Source: Lytechinus pictus (taxonomy: Eukaryota). From it: a stretch of 64,000 bases of DNA. Position 1 is the stretch's first letter, and each line of letters starts with the position of its first letter. The translations under genes were made by a program, and so were the position numbers. The stretch covers positions 3,660,001 through 3,724,000 of the forward strand of contig NC_087246.1 in assembly GCF_037042905.1 (NCBI RefSeq), in the 5' to 3' direction. Positions 13,421 to 26,124 of the stretch are shown here, one piece after another. A model generated the notes under the pieces. It worked only from the letters and a program-made list of their open reading frames with translations, was not told the origin of the DNA and did no database searches.

Positions 13421-13557
13421 CTGGGCAGTTAAAATAAAATCAGAGAACAATTTACTAAAAAAAAGAAAAAAAAATCCTTAAAAATGTCCTATTGTATGAT
13501 AATGAATGAATTGTTTCATTTAAAAAAATGCATTTAATTTTTATTTTATTTCTCCAG

Positions 13558-13975
13558 ATCCCATAGGCCCGCAACCTTGGTGATGTTTATTTCCTTCATT
13601 CTTTTGACTTCACATGCATTGTGTGGCATACTTTTCGTCATCACATTATGTAAGTAAATGGTGCCATAGATGATGAGGGATTCCTAAGCCTGTTTTTACT
13701 CCCATTCTGTGCCAGATGCGTGCTACTAAGCACTGGTGTTGTCTGCATTGAGAGAAGGGAATCAAGTTTAAACCCATGATGGGAGTATGATTACAAGTTC
13801 TGAATTGTGCATTGGCTTTATTTCTTGGAAGGAGTCTTTGAGGGGTGAATGACCGCAGTTGAAGTATCAAGGTTTGAGAAATCCATTGACATTTCAACAT
13901 TGTTTACAAAGTGATATCTATCATTGCGAAGTACAGTAGCTAGCAAGGAGGATATACTGGAACGACTTTGGTATG
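13558..13975 (+). other. Candidate non-coding 5' UTR exon of the PITPNM gene
   Basis: Strong acceptor (TTTTATTTTATTTCTCCAG|) and consensus donor (ATG|GTAAGT). Non-repetitive interior with no long ORF. Confidence 0.45.
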
Positions 13976-14830
13976 GTAAGTATTCAAAGTACATGTAGCA
14001 TAAGTAGCGTATGATCAGATAATTCTGAATTTAATTATTTTCTTTCTCATACTGTATGTATTCTTTTTCAATAATTTGCTTTGCAATATTCTTATCATTT
14101 TTTATTACATTAAATGATACTTGGCTTGCAAATTTCTTTAAATTGCTGCTTTGTCTGAATTTCAACCTGTTGAGACAATGTAACAAATGATTCAACTGTA
14201 GATGAAGCCCTTGTAGTTTGAAAGGTCGAACACCTTCTTGAGATTATCATTGGACCCATTATTAAGGCAGGCTCCTCCAACTCCTTAACTTAAACAAGAT
14301 TGCACATTCTAATTTGACCTCCAACATGGAATTATTTATTAGATCATGTTAGTCTATACAGTGACGTCATCGTTAAAGTGCCTAGTCATTCCACTGGAAC
14401 ACTGGTTTGGAGCCTTGTCATAAAATAAGTGCTATATCGAGGATGCAAGTACAGACAAAATCGCGTATTCTTTTTTTCATAAAAATATTGTGCTTTATGG
14501 AAAATACATTCCGTCATATTAAATTTGCAGCAAGAATGCAGGCCAGAGAAATAGTATTTGATATGCACAGGTGATTGATCAGCTCTGCATTCATGACACA
14601 TATCCACAATGGATATAACATTTGCACACTGGATGGGTGCAAAGTACTATGGATTCTCGACCATCCTTTAACATCAACAAATGTAGAAATAGATTGCACC
14701 TGAAATTTCAAGAGAAAGATGCTACAATTGCTAGCTTGGTAGATTGGTGCTTTGTCCCAGATGGATCTATTATATGTCACTGTAACTTGGGGTGAAGTAG
14801 ATTTGTGTGGAATTAATTTTTTTAGAAATA

Positions 14831-14960
14831 TCAGTTGATAGAGCATCCATCTCACAACACAACCGGGAGGTCATGAGTTCAAGCCCCAGCCGTGTCAGGC
14901 CAAAAAAATTGGAGTTGCTGCTAACCTGTTTGGCATTCAATGATTTAAGGGATAGAGGGA
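14831..14960 (+). mobile_element. Degenerate tRNA-derived SINE fragment
   Basis: A-box-like CAGTTGATAGAGCA and B-box-like GAGTTCAAGCCC followed by a non-tRNA body. Confidence 0.5.
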
Positions 14961-17900
14961 GTATTTGTATTTCAGATTTCTATATCAAACAATAAAATAT
15001 GGATTTTCATTTTCAAATGTGAGAGAGACTGGGAATTGATGTACAATTTTTTTTGGAAACACCTCCCGGAATTCAACAATATGAATACAGTTGTCTTTAG
15101 ATTCAGGTCAAACTTAACTTTTGGTTCATGACAACAAAATGTGCATTGATCACAATGATTTTTACGTTAAAACACAAAGTAAATGTGTATTCTTTTTCAT
15201 GAAGTGTCAGATCTACATGTACCATCATTGGATAGCAGAAATCTCCAACTTTAAAAAATAAAAATCACGTAAATTTTCCAAGTATTTTTTTCTTCAAATA
15301 TCACTTATTACATTATTAGGAAATTTTAGGGTCCTACATGTAAGCTCTGTGCGATTAATGATATCGGTCAAAGATGTCCAAACAAATTAAATATATGTAT
15401 CCGAAAATTTGGAAGATTATGTCTCCTCACAGCGTTTTCTTTTGTTTCTACATTATGACGCCGATGCAGAACTCTTTGATTTATATATAAAATGACATCA
15501 CTTCTTCTCCATTCTTCTCCATTCTTGTACTATATAAGTTGATTAAATAGTCAAACATGTAAAGAGAAATGAACAGAATACAATAAAATGGGAGTGGATG
15601 GATTTTACAACTTTATAGGATAACATGTTCATCTTCTGTAGATATGGACATGTTTCTAATGTTAATATCTTGATGTTTTAATTGATTTACTCTTTTATTT
15701 GAAAAGGGAAAAAGCAGTACATGTGAATTAAATAGAGAAAATATAGATAAAGAGAAAAAGAGGGAAAGAGGAAGGAGGAGGGGATGGGGGAGGAAGGAGG
15801 ATGGAAGGAAAAGAGACATATAGGACAGCTTTCTTATGCTGTTTTTCCCACTACCTGGAATTTATTCACGATTACTTTTTTTAATTCATAAGCATCCAAA
15901 TAGAGATATTAAGTCAGACTGACATACAAACAACTTGTATCTTGTGTCATAGTATCCACACAACGAAATCTCGCCTTGTTCCATTAAGCGTAGTAGACAA
16001 CATCTTATGTGAGAGTGCATCTCGGCTTGCACACATCCAGTAGACACAGACTTTCATCATGAGATGTTAACTCACCTCCTTCACAATAATAACACTACAC
16101 TGCTGACACAACTGACAACAAAGGCACTGGTACCCAATACACAAACACAAGCATCTCCAGCTTGCCACTGCTCCCTCACTCACTTTACTCCTCCACACGC
16201 GCACACACACACACACAATTCCACACACACATATCATACACACAACTCTACATCACACATACTTCAATAGAAAAACCTTCCAAGTCCCGATTTCATGCAC
16301 ACCCCCACACAGTCAATGCATAGCTTATTCAGCATGTGTATTTCTAGATTCTGGTGTGTATCTCCATCCACCTTGCATTTTCTGATGGTTTTTGCCGCTC
16401 TATCTCTCTCCCTCATTCTCTCCTTCTCTTGATCCTTCTCGTCATCATCTCCCACTGGTGGTGAGCGTACCGTGGTACGTAGAAATCGGTAACGACCTCC
16501 TCATGGCTCGTGCCATATGCCCCGGCTGTTGATGGAGGTATCGCGTTGATTGTTTGGCTCTAACTACGTCGTCTGGGGTCGTTTGTTGGCAGTTCTCATT
16601 CTTAGATATCTTAAATCATTACAGACTTGAGAAAGGTTGAGTTTTGTAATATAGTTGGTCTCTCTCATTCCTATTCATAGTGGATGTTGCATTGGATTTA
16701 TACATTCATTTATGTAATATTGTTTGGATTGTACACTGTGATGAAGTAGCATTGTCCTTCAACTGGCAAGTATGTTATCGCTTTAATTCATACTCATTGT
16801 ATACTTTACTTATAGAGATCAAGAAATGACTTTTTGATAAAGAATATGCAGCTTAAACCTCTATTTTTTCAATGTAAAAATTGAGTATCATTATTGGTAT
16901 TCCAAATTCTTTAATTCAGCACAACTAATTTCCAGTTGCTTTCTTTAAGTCAGTGTTTGACATCTTCAGTTATATCCTTGCACGATTGTACATGTACATG
17001 TACCTCTTTTTTAGACAATGTGTGAGTACATTAACTAGTTTGTGTTTCCATGGGTTTGATGTTAAAAAGATTTAGAGGAAGAGAGAATGATGTAGACCAA
17101 GTCAGACTCAGACTTAAATGTTATGATTTTAGATTATGCAAAGAGAGTGTTACTTGTTAATAACATGTAGTTTTGAGAAGATTCAAAGAAGAAAGAAGGA
17201 AATGGTATAAATATTGTCAAGAAAATAGAAGGATGAAACAAAAAATAAAATTGAATGGCAGATAAGGTGTGTATTTGTTGCATTAAATGACTACAGACAA
17301 TTAAATGACTACAGCATACTTAGATTTTGGGAGAAAGAAAAAGAAACAGATTATTGGGTTAATCAAAGAAGAAACCGATAGCATATTTATACATGTATAT
17401 GTCGTTTCCTGTACAGGTAAGTCTATTGTTTCATTAAAAGTATTGCATACATGTACCATATACAAATTGTTTAAATGTTAAGTTGTGAATATTGAATATT
17501 TTTATGTTGGAGGGCTTAGTTAGAAGAAACAAAATACATACTACTAGAGAATTCAAAGTTTGGATAGGGAGAGAGAGATAAAAAGAGATAGAGTGAGAGA
17601 GCGGGAGAGAAAGTAAGGGGGATAGGAAACAAATTTTAGAAGAATTACGATAGAAGTCTTCAAGTCATTGGCGATTGCCTTTGAAGAAAGAAATTGAAAG
17701 ATACCCATGAGTATGAGAATTTTCTCAAGTCTACACTGACCATATTGTCAGTTTTGTGTGTCTAATTAAGGTAATTAAAGCATTGATGCATACTGGCTCC
17801 GTCTGCTATTGACTTGAGATGCCAATTAAATAGATGGAAGTAATTATTATTGACTTAAGGTCATTCCCTTCCTTGGCCTTCACTCTGGTTAATAAGTGCA

Positions 17901-19030
17901 ACTTCTATTTAGGGTACATGTAAATATAATCTTATAATTGTCTTGATATACTGGCATGTAGTAAGGATTGCTCATTTTAGTTTTGGTAAAAATTCTAAAA
18001 GTGTTATGGTGATAATGGAATGAAAAAGAAATTTGTCTTAGTAGATTTTTTTGTGAGGGAAGTTACAATTTTACATGAAGATATATTTTGATTTTTTTTT
18101 TAGGGGTATATTTATGGAAAGGATGACCATTTCAGGAATTTTATGTTTGTAGCTTTAATGATGCATTTATTAAATTTGAAATAAGTGTTCTAAGGGCTTT
18201 TTAAAAGAACATAGTAACATTACCAAGATACGATGCTAGTAGGGCGTTGATTAGGGAGGAAGCCGAGGCATTCGCCCCAGCAAAAAAAAATAGGGGGGGG
18301 TGGGCAAGCATAGCATTTTATGCCCCAATAGTTCTAGAAGTACATAAATGACATAAATTGTCAAACAAAAAATATGAATCTGCCATTTGTATCTCTGCCA
18401 TTTTCGCCTTTGCCTTTAATACCTCTGCCGCGTTTACCTGCCACTTTTTTCATACGCTCCAGTGTCAACTTGGCTATTAAAATTGTTATTATTTTAATTG
18501 ATTCATAATAATTCTGTATTTTATTATGAAATGCATTTGCTTGCTTTAAAGGTTATTCATATTTTATTTTGCTAAAATGAAAAGGTAATTCTTTACACAT
18601 TTACTAGTAAATGAAGTTGGTTATTTGGATGTACGTCAGTGATTTTTCGAACCGGCCATAACCTCGTCTGGTCTTCAAAACATGATTTTGAGATAATTGC
18701 ATTCAAAGTTTGGATGTTTTTATGAGTCTCATATCCTCACTCTTTCAAAGAAACCAGAGCAATTTTTTATGCCAATTTTTTTACAATTTACATCAATTTT
18801 ATTTACAAATTGGAATTAATTCTTTCAGTATTTGAAATGAAGGGCTGTAAGGCATTTCAGAAACTGTTTATTTTTTACAGAAAAGAGGGGGTTTAGGCCA
18901 TGTTGCAAAACCACACATATCATGCACGTAGTTTTTAGTAAGAAAATAACTCAGTGCACATACAGTACAGGTGTACATGCGCAACATCTACATGTACAAT
19001 GTAGGTCAGGTTTTTTACTCCTGTGCGCCA

Positions 19031-19082
19031 TTCAGGAGGCAATGGTTCAGGAGGCAATGGTTCAGGAGGCAATGGTTCAGGA
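19031..19082. repeat. 15-bp tandem repeat (TTCAGGAGGCAATGG) x3.5
   Basis: Exact direct repeats, read directly. Confidence 0.95.
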
Positions 19083-22000
19083 CGCTTTGCAAAATCAGAG
19101 GAGGAGGATACTGGTTTGTTTGAAATTTCAATCTGCCCAATTCTAATCAATTCAATTCAATTTATTTGAAGATGGTACAGTATAGAATGTACAAAGGTTA
19201 AAAACAGTACCTCCAGAAGCTTACGCTTGTCGAGCAAGGTGCTCCCTTACAGAAAACAGCAACAAGGAAAGATTTTAACATAGCATCAATAGATTAATGT
19301 CAAAGACACATAGGAAATTTTATCATATTGATGAAAATTATGTGCAATCAAAGAAATTCATACAATGATACTGTATCATATAATATGTATTTATTAAAAC
19401 AAAATCTGCTATTCTGATTGAAATTGAAAAGAAATAGGAATATATTTCAAGATGAAGGTACATGTAAGTACGACAGATGGGGCATAAGGGGAGCATCCAT
19501 GGGGTTTCTTATAAAGCCAGAAATTTGTGAAAATTTATTGCTCTTGGTTGATTGATTTATTTTATTTGGCAAGTCACCATTAAACATATATACAACAGCA
19601 TTAAAAACAATAGGCTTGCACAGGATGACCAACAAAAGTTTGAAAACTCATTTCCAGTGGGGTCCTCAACATGTATAGAATTACGATAATAAAATGGTAA
19701 AATTGTACTATTCTTATTCTGTAAATAATACTTGAGAGTGGAAAGCAGAGTTGAAGTAGCAAATTGAACCTGAAATCATACGTAATGACATGCATATGCA
19801 GTACTTGTATTGGTGAGGGCATCCAACTTTTTATGTGTGGAGCATTGCATAAAAATGACATTTACCTTTTCTCTCATTTGACATGACCATCTCCTCCAAA
19901 ATATGATCTCTCATAAATGCAGTCATAGGCAGATATATGTATTTGCATTCCCCTCATTGCTCACATTTCTATGTGCATGTAGTTTGCATTTCTTGCTTGG
20001 TATGCGTGTGGTATGTTGTCATAGTGAGTTTGTTATTCACAGGTTTCATTTGCCCAGTCTTTTAAATCAGTCTAGTCAGCAAATAGATGGGTATTTTGGG
20101 TACATCAAGGGGGTGCACTATCAGATTAGGGTTATAAACTCAGAGCATGTTAACTAGACCATTTCATGTCACTGGTTGCTCTCATAATGTGTATTATAAA
20201 GAAATTCTAGTGTGTGTGTGTGGGGAGGGGCTGGGGTAGGGGGATTAGCCTCTGAGTCTGAAATCTACAAAATAGCTCCTGTAAATGACAAAACACTCCC
20301 ATATATGTAAGTATTGTGTTCAATACAATGTTCAGTTGATTTAGAATGAACAGAAAACCATTTTCCCTGTAAATATAATTTTGGGTTTTGACCCCCTATC
20401 AAAGGCTGAAAGCAAGTCACACACTGTTATGAGCTATTATATGAAAACCAGCAAAAGTACAATAATTTGATAAGTACTCCTAATTGAAAATATTTTGAAG
20501 AAAATGGTGTACAAAAAGTCAAACACCTCTTATTTTAACACTATTTGTTGATTTGTTTTGCCTTTGAATTAAGCTATTGAATTGTATGCCCCCCCCTCAA
20601 AATATTTGCATGCATTGCGAATGATGTGTTCATTGAACAGCGATGGTCAATTCTGTTTATTTGTACCGGTAATCATTGTTTGATACACCCCTGAAGAGAA
20701 TGATGGTGAAAGTTAACAATGGTGTGAATGGTATGCTTAGTGCTATGCCAGGCAATCTTCAGTGAGACAATCAAATGTCAGGGAGATGTTTTCCTGGTCA
20801 CCTGTTGGCTTGGTGTCTTGGGGCGGTATAGAGATTGGTTTGGGTTAATTCATGTGATAGGTACATGTTACTGATTATGAAAGAGGGCAGAAGGCATTTG
20901 GAGAATTGGAAGATAAATATACATGTATATAATTTGTTACAAATTTAGATGTATGTTTATTTTTATGTGAAAAAAAGGTTTAAAAATGGACCTAAAATTG
21001 CCAAAGAGAGAAAGGAAGGAGAAGGGAGAAGGAGAAAAATATGGATAAGAATGAGAAGCATGAGGGGGTAAATGAGACGAGTAGAGAAGGAGAAGAGCAA
21101 AGGGGAAGAAAAAGATTGAAAATGATGAGAAAAGATAAACTATAAATGGAGGAGGTGATAAAGGAGGAGAACATAATATGGACACCTGTCTGGTAGTATC
21201 AGTATTGAAATATAAATAGTGTAATTAGTGCTAAATAACTTCTTATTTTGAAGCCATATAAAAATATTCTTTTAAATTACATTTTAAAATGAGAAATTAA
21301 CAGATCTGGGGAGCAGTAGATAAATGAGCTTAGTACATTGATCTATGGATAGATGGATGCATTATTGAATATATGGGAGAGGGAGAGAGAGGGGAATAAG
21401 AAAGAGAGAGAGAGAGAGATGAAGACAAATAGAGGGTTGGGGAGATTAAGGAAAATATTTCACCTTCCATTCTAATATGGTTTGAAGAAGTAGATATGTT
21501 ATGGTATAAACAAGACAAAAACAGCCTTTTCTCTCCAGAATGAATTGACATGTGAAAACCCTATGCCGAGATAGTAATCTGCTCCAATATCTAGGCAATC
21601 CTTGTAGGGTTAGGGTGATTTGCATAGATGCGTGGGTGGATGGTGTCACATGATCACATCAGAGGTAGCATCCCTTGATGTGTGTCGGTACTGCATGCAC
21701 TATATCTCTATCTCCTCACTATCACATGTACATGTAGTGATATGCTAGATGAAAACATATGCCTTTTTCTGGCTCTACTTCCATTGATGGAATGAAAATT
21801 AAATGTTTATCAAAGAAATGCTACTTAAACGTTGTTTTTCATAAAAGAATCAGGAAACATTGACATGACTTTGGTGTGTTGTAAAGGGGAAATCAAAGAA
21901 AGGGAATCCTCCAAATTATATTCCTTTTAACATTCAATGCAGTCAAAATTTAAACATCGACTAGATCAGTTACCTAACCAGAATATCTAAACAATAGCAG

Positions 22001-24799
22001 TTAGGATCTACATGTAGTATTTTTAAATAGGCCTGGAAGGGTTGCAAAGTTAAGAGCATATTTGAAAGGAGAGGGGTACTGACAATTTTTCAGATGGGTA
22101 AGCCTTATACCCGCTTGGATTGCCATTGAATTGGGCGCTTACACACTTCAAAGACTATTTTACTACAGGGTTCCTGTATGTTTGTACCTTAAGTTTGTAT
22201 TTAGGCATGTGAATGGAAGTGGTTGTCTTGTTCAAATACATATGTAGCATACATAAGATGCACATGTTTCATCTAAAACTACAAATAAATCTGTATCAAC
22301 ATTCATGCCGTGTGTAGTTATGTCTTTTATTATTTCATCCCATTTTCTTTAGAGTATCAATCAGATTTTACTGATATATCGTAATGCATTTCACTCCAAT
22401 TGTCAAAGCAGAAATGATCTTCTTATGAAGAGATTTTATAAGCAGCTGCAAGTTTTTTTTCTTCAAGAGCTGTCTGATTTATTGCCTGAGTAAAATTTAC
22501 TGGTAGGAATAGCAAGACAGAAAGATTAATTGATGAGATGTTATTCAAAAGAAGGCACTCATGCATACAGACATGTAATCAGTGAGTTTGTATTCAACAG
22601 AATCTCATGTGATTGAGGTCAGATATTACTGTGCTTTAACTGTGCATACTAAAGAATGTGTAATTTCAAAGGCCTTTATCAACATAATTTACGTCTTACA
22701 TGTCTTACATGTCGTCTTGAGAGTGGCGAAATTATTATTGTTTTTAAGTACATTACTAACTTTGACAGACTGCCTGAGAATTGACAGTATATGTTAGACT
22801 AAGAGTATTTTTCTCCAGCCACTACAAGCTACTGTAATTCATCATATACTGCACATACAATCTTCATTGGAAAAGTAAAAAAGGTTAATCTCATTACCTC
22901 TCAAATTGGCAATAAATCTGCTGTAGTGCACTTAAAAATTGAACATTTGTGGTAGGTAGTGGGATGAAGCAAGGATATACATAGCGTTTTAGTCAGCGCT
23001 GGGAGCTGATTGCCCCATCCAGGGGCCAGCTCTATGTGTGTGTGTCAATGACCTGTTAAAGCCAGGAGTGAAGCAGTGTCAGGATAGATAATGGCCGACC
23101 CGCTCGTATCGTTGCGGCATCAGTTCTCCACCACTCCACGTCCGTGTGCTCCCTCAGGTCGATAACTTTGGACATGTTCCATTTACAGTAATGGTATACT
23201 GCATGTATATCCTGGGCATTTCTTATTTGCCCATTTGCATTTAAAGTTTCTTACTTGTTCATATAAATATTTAAAAAAAAGACTTCTACTGGCTTAGTAC
23301 AGTTAAAGTACATGTACATTCAATATTGTGCAATATGCAGTTTCCCAGAGATGATGGTACAATTCTCATTCATCTCCTGTATATAATTTATATTGTACAT
23401 ATTACATTACATGTAAAGGATCCCATTAATTTTGAGCACTCTTGCGTGTCAGCAGTACATGTACCTCACGACTGTTCAATTTGTGTAAAAATTTGCTTTT
23501 CATAAAGGACTTGACTGTGAAGTTGTTAGGATACACATTTAGAGCTGTAGGGATTGCTTTGAACACTTTCCAGCATTTGTCAACATATGGATGGCAAGCC
23601 ATTTCAATAATTTATCATACATGTGGTGTTTATTAACAATCTGATTCTTCGTATCAAGATTTGGTATTTGATTACAAAGCAGACTTTCTTGATATCACAA
23701 AGAAGAATTTAAGCATAGAGCTATAGCTCTATGATTTAAGGATGAAATGGCATTCCATATTATGAGACATGTGGTGAAACGGTCTCTTTCGTACATTAGG
23801 TTTGGTACAGTGTATTGTTGATAGTACTGAGATGTAAGATTAGTGTAGAAAAACCTACGTGTTCTTAATTAGGCACATCCAAGGTAGATATTAACATAGT
23901 GAAAGTATATATGAAACATGTATCAGAGCCAGTGGCCACAATATGTGTTTGCTATGTTGCACTGTACAATAGAAGTTCATAACTTGTTATTGAAAACAAT
24001 CTTTGTGATAAAGACCCCCAAAAATGTATCATATCTACAATTTATATGGATGTTTAATGAACTGTACAATCTTAATTGCTTAAACAGAATGAAGAGAATT
24101 CCCCACATTAAAAGCTTTGAAATGGTTCAGTAAAATTGTCAGGTAACCTTCAGTTGTGAGTTTATTTTCTCAAGGATGAGGTTTATGCCATTCATATCTA
24201 CTGTAGATGTTGATGTACTGAATAATGTAAGGGAACTTCAAGTTGTTACAAAGGTGGAATCTATCAGTGATTAACAAATATTCATGTTATTTGGGAGAAC
24301 ATATTTTTGAATAGAGGTTCACTGGATAGGATTGCTCTCTAGATGCCCTAAGATTCAAGCTATGATAACATATTGTGCATTATTGTTGAGTACTGGGGAA
24401 TTTCCGATATAGATGCTATGTACTACCTTAACGAGTAAACTTGTACTCTTCACATGTGTACACTCCAAAAACAAATAAATACAAATAACTTGATGAAAGT
24501 GTTTTAGTGCCTGTATGACTATGTTTTAAATGTCAAATCTAAAGATAGAACACAGTCATTCTGACTAGGAAATGGCGAGAATTGTGATTCTATTGTACCC
24601 AGCATACATGTACTAGTCATTGTACATTGTAAGTAATAGATTTTCCCATTAATATTCACAAGATAGGCCAAAGTGACTATGGATAAGTCCCCTTCACCTC
24701 TGGATGGCTGTCCCCCTTGCCTGCTTGCCCACTGAGTGTGATATTTATTTTTGCAGACTAAATAATCTGACCCTAAACATCTTTCATGCCCTGGAACAT

Positions 24800-25173
24800 C
24801 GCTGCTCCCATGACGTCAGATGTCATTCTCCGCCTGTTCTAACTGATTGACTGCCACCATTAAAAAGGGGTTGCCAATTTGACCGTTGAATTGGTGACGG
24901 CATGCGATACTGATCCCTCCTTGTTTTGTGTGTTTGTGTTATGGCGTGTGACGTCATACTCCAGGCTGACAGCGACTGTGATTGACTGGCTTAGATAAAA
25001 GGCTGCCAATTTAACATCAAACATTTGTCTTGAAGAGGGGACTGTTTGTGACTTATGACAATTTTGCATCCTTTGCTCTATTTGCCCCATCCATTCTGAA
25101 TGCAGCTCAAATAAATATTTTAGGATATTTATTCTAGTGTATTCATAAAACAGGTTCAAGAATGTAGCCAATG
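24800..25173 (+). promoter_or_regulatory. Candidate proximal alternative promoter/first exon with two perfect CRE sites
   Basis: TGACGTCA at 24811-24818 and 24949-24956. Consensus donor ATG|GTGAGT at 25173/25174, about 830 nt before the acceptor of the ATG exon. Confidence 0.45.
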
Positions 25174-26046
25174 GTGAGTGTTATTCAAGGCACATGTTCA
25201 TGCTTTAGTTCTACTCAGCTCAAGAAATGGCTATGGCAAGGATTTTTATGGACTTTCTTTAGGTTGCATACTAGATATCATGATAGATAGAAAGCAGATC
25301 ATGTGATCTCTTCTTCTGTGCGATCCTACAAGAGTTGGAGGGATTTGAACAAACTTTCCACTACATGTACATATCATTCATTTTGCTGACCCGTTTGATA
25401 TTAACAATTAATGCTCATTTTAAAACTTGTGATGTCAGCAGTGATGCAGGTATCACAGGTATTCACAAATAATGCAAAAGGGCTCTCCACATATTGTAAA
25501 TACACTCGAGTGCTCTGCATCGCCATAACACTTTAAAATGTGCATTATTTGTATAATATTGAGGATGTTATTTGTCAAAATTATGAAGGGTGTTATTCTT
25601 ATAAACTAAAATTATACCTTGATGTAAGATGTTAGATGTAGATATAAAGTTTGGGAAATATAATCTGTTTTGATCACAGTTGGGTGTGGCATCTTTTCTT
25701 TGAAATTAGTTTGAATGAATAAGCAAGGGTGTGACTAAAAACTGACAATAAGTACAAAGTCTTACATCTCAATCTTAATCTTCATGATATCTCCAGAATA
25801 TATCCATTTCTATATAAATTTAGAAATTTCCTAAAAATATTTATTACTGGTTTACATATTACTCTTTACTGAGCACTCCTTGTAATCAACCTATCACTTC
25901 CTGTTTCTTAATATGTCATGTTATATAAAACTTGATTTTAGATAAAAAGAAACAATATATGTTGAGTTTTCACCAGTCTTGACTTTACTCTGTCCACAGA
26001 AATGCTATTGATCTGATGTAGGAGGAAGAGGAGAGAAGGGATCACC

Positions 26047-26124
26047 ATGCTGATCAAGGAGTATCGAATCCCTCTACCATTGAGTGTAGAAGAGTATAGG
26101 ATTGCTCAGCTCTATATGATACAG
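26047..26124 (+). CDS. PITPNM: Class IIA PITP (rdgB/PITPNM1-2-like), coding exon 1: MLIKEYRIPLPLSVEEYRIAQLYMIQ
   Basis: ATG in ATCACCATGC context. The translation matches the canonical PITP N-terminus (MLIKEY..LP.S..EY..AQLYMIQ). Donor CAG|GTAAGA, phase 0. Upstream acceptor TCCACAG| at 25999. This exon is missed by the ORF track. Confidence 0.96.

Noticed and set aside
18922..19150. ORFs with QEAMV / PEPLP repeats
   Set aside because: Produced by a 15-bp tandem repeat, with no exon boundaries or homology.
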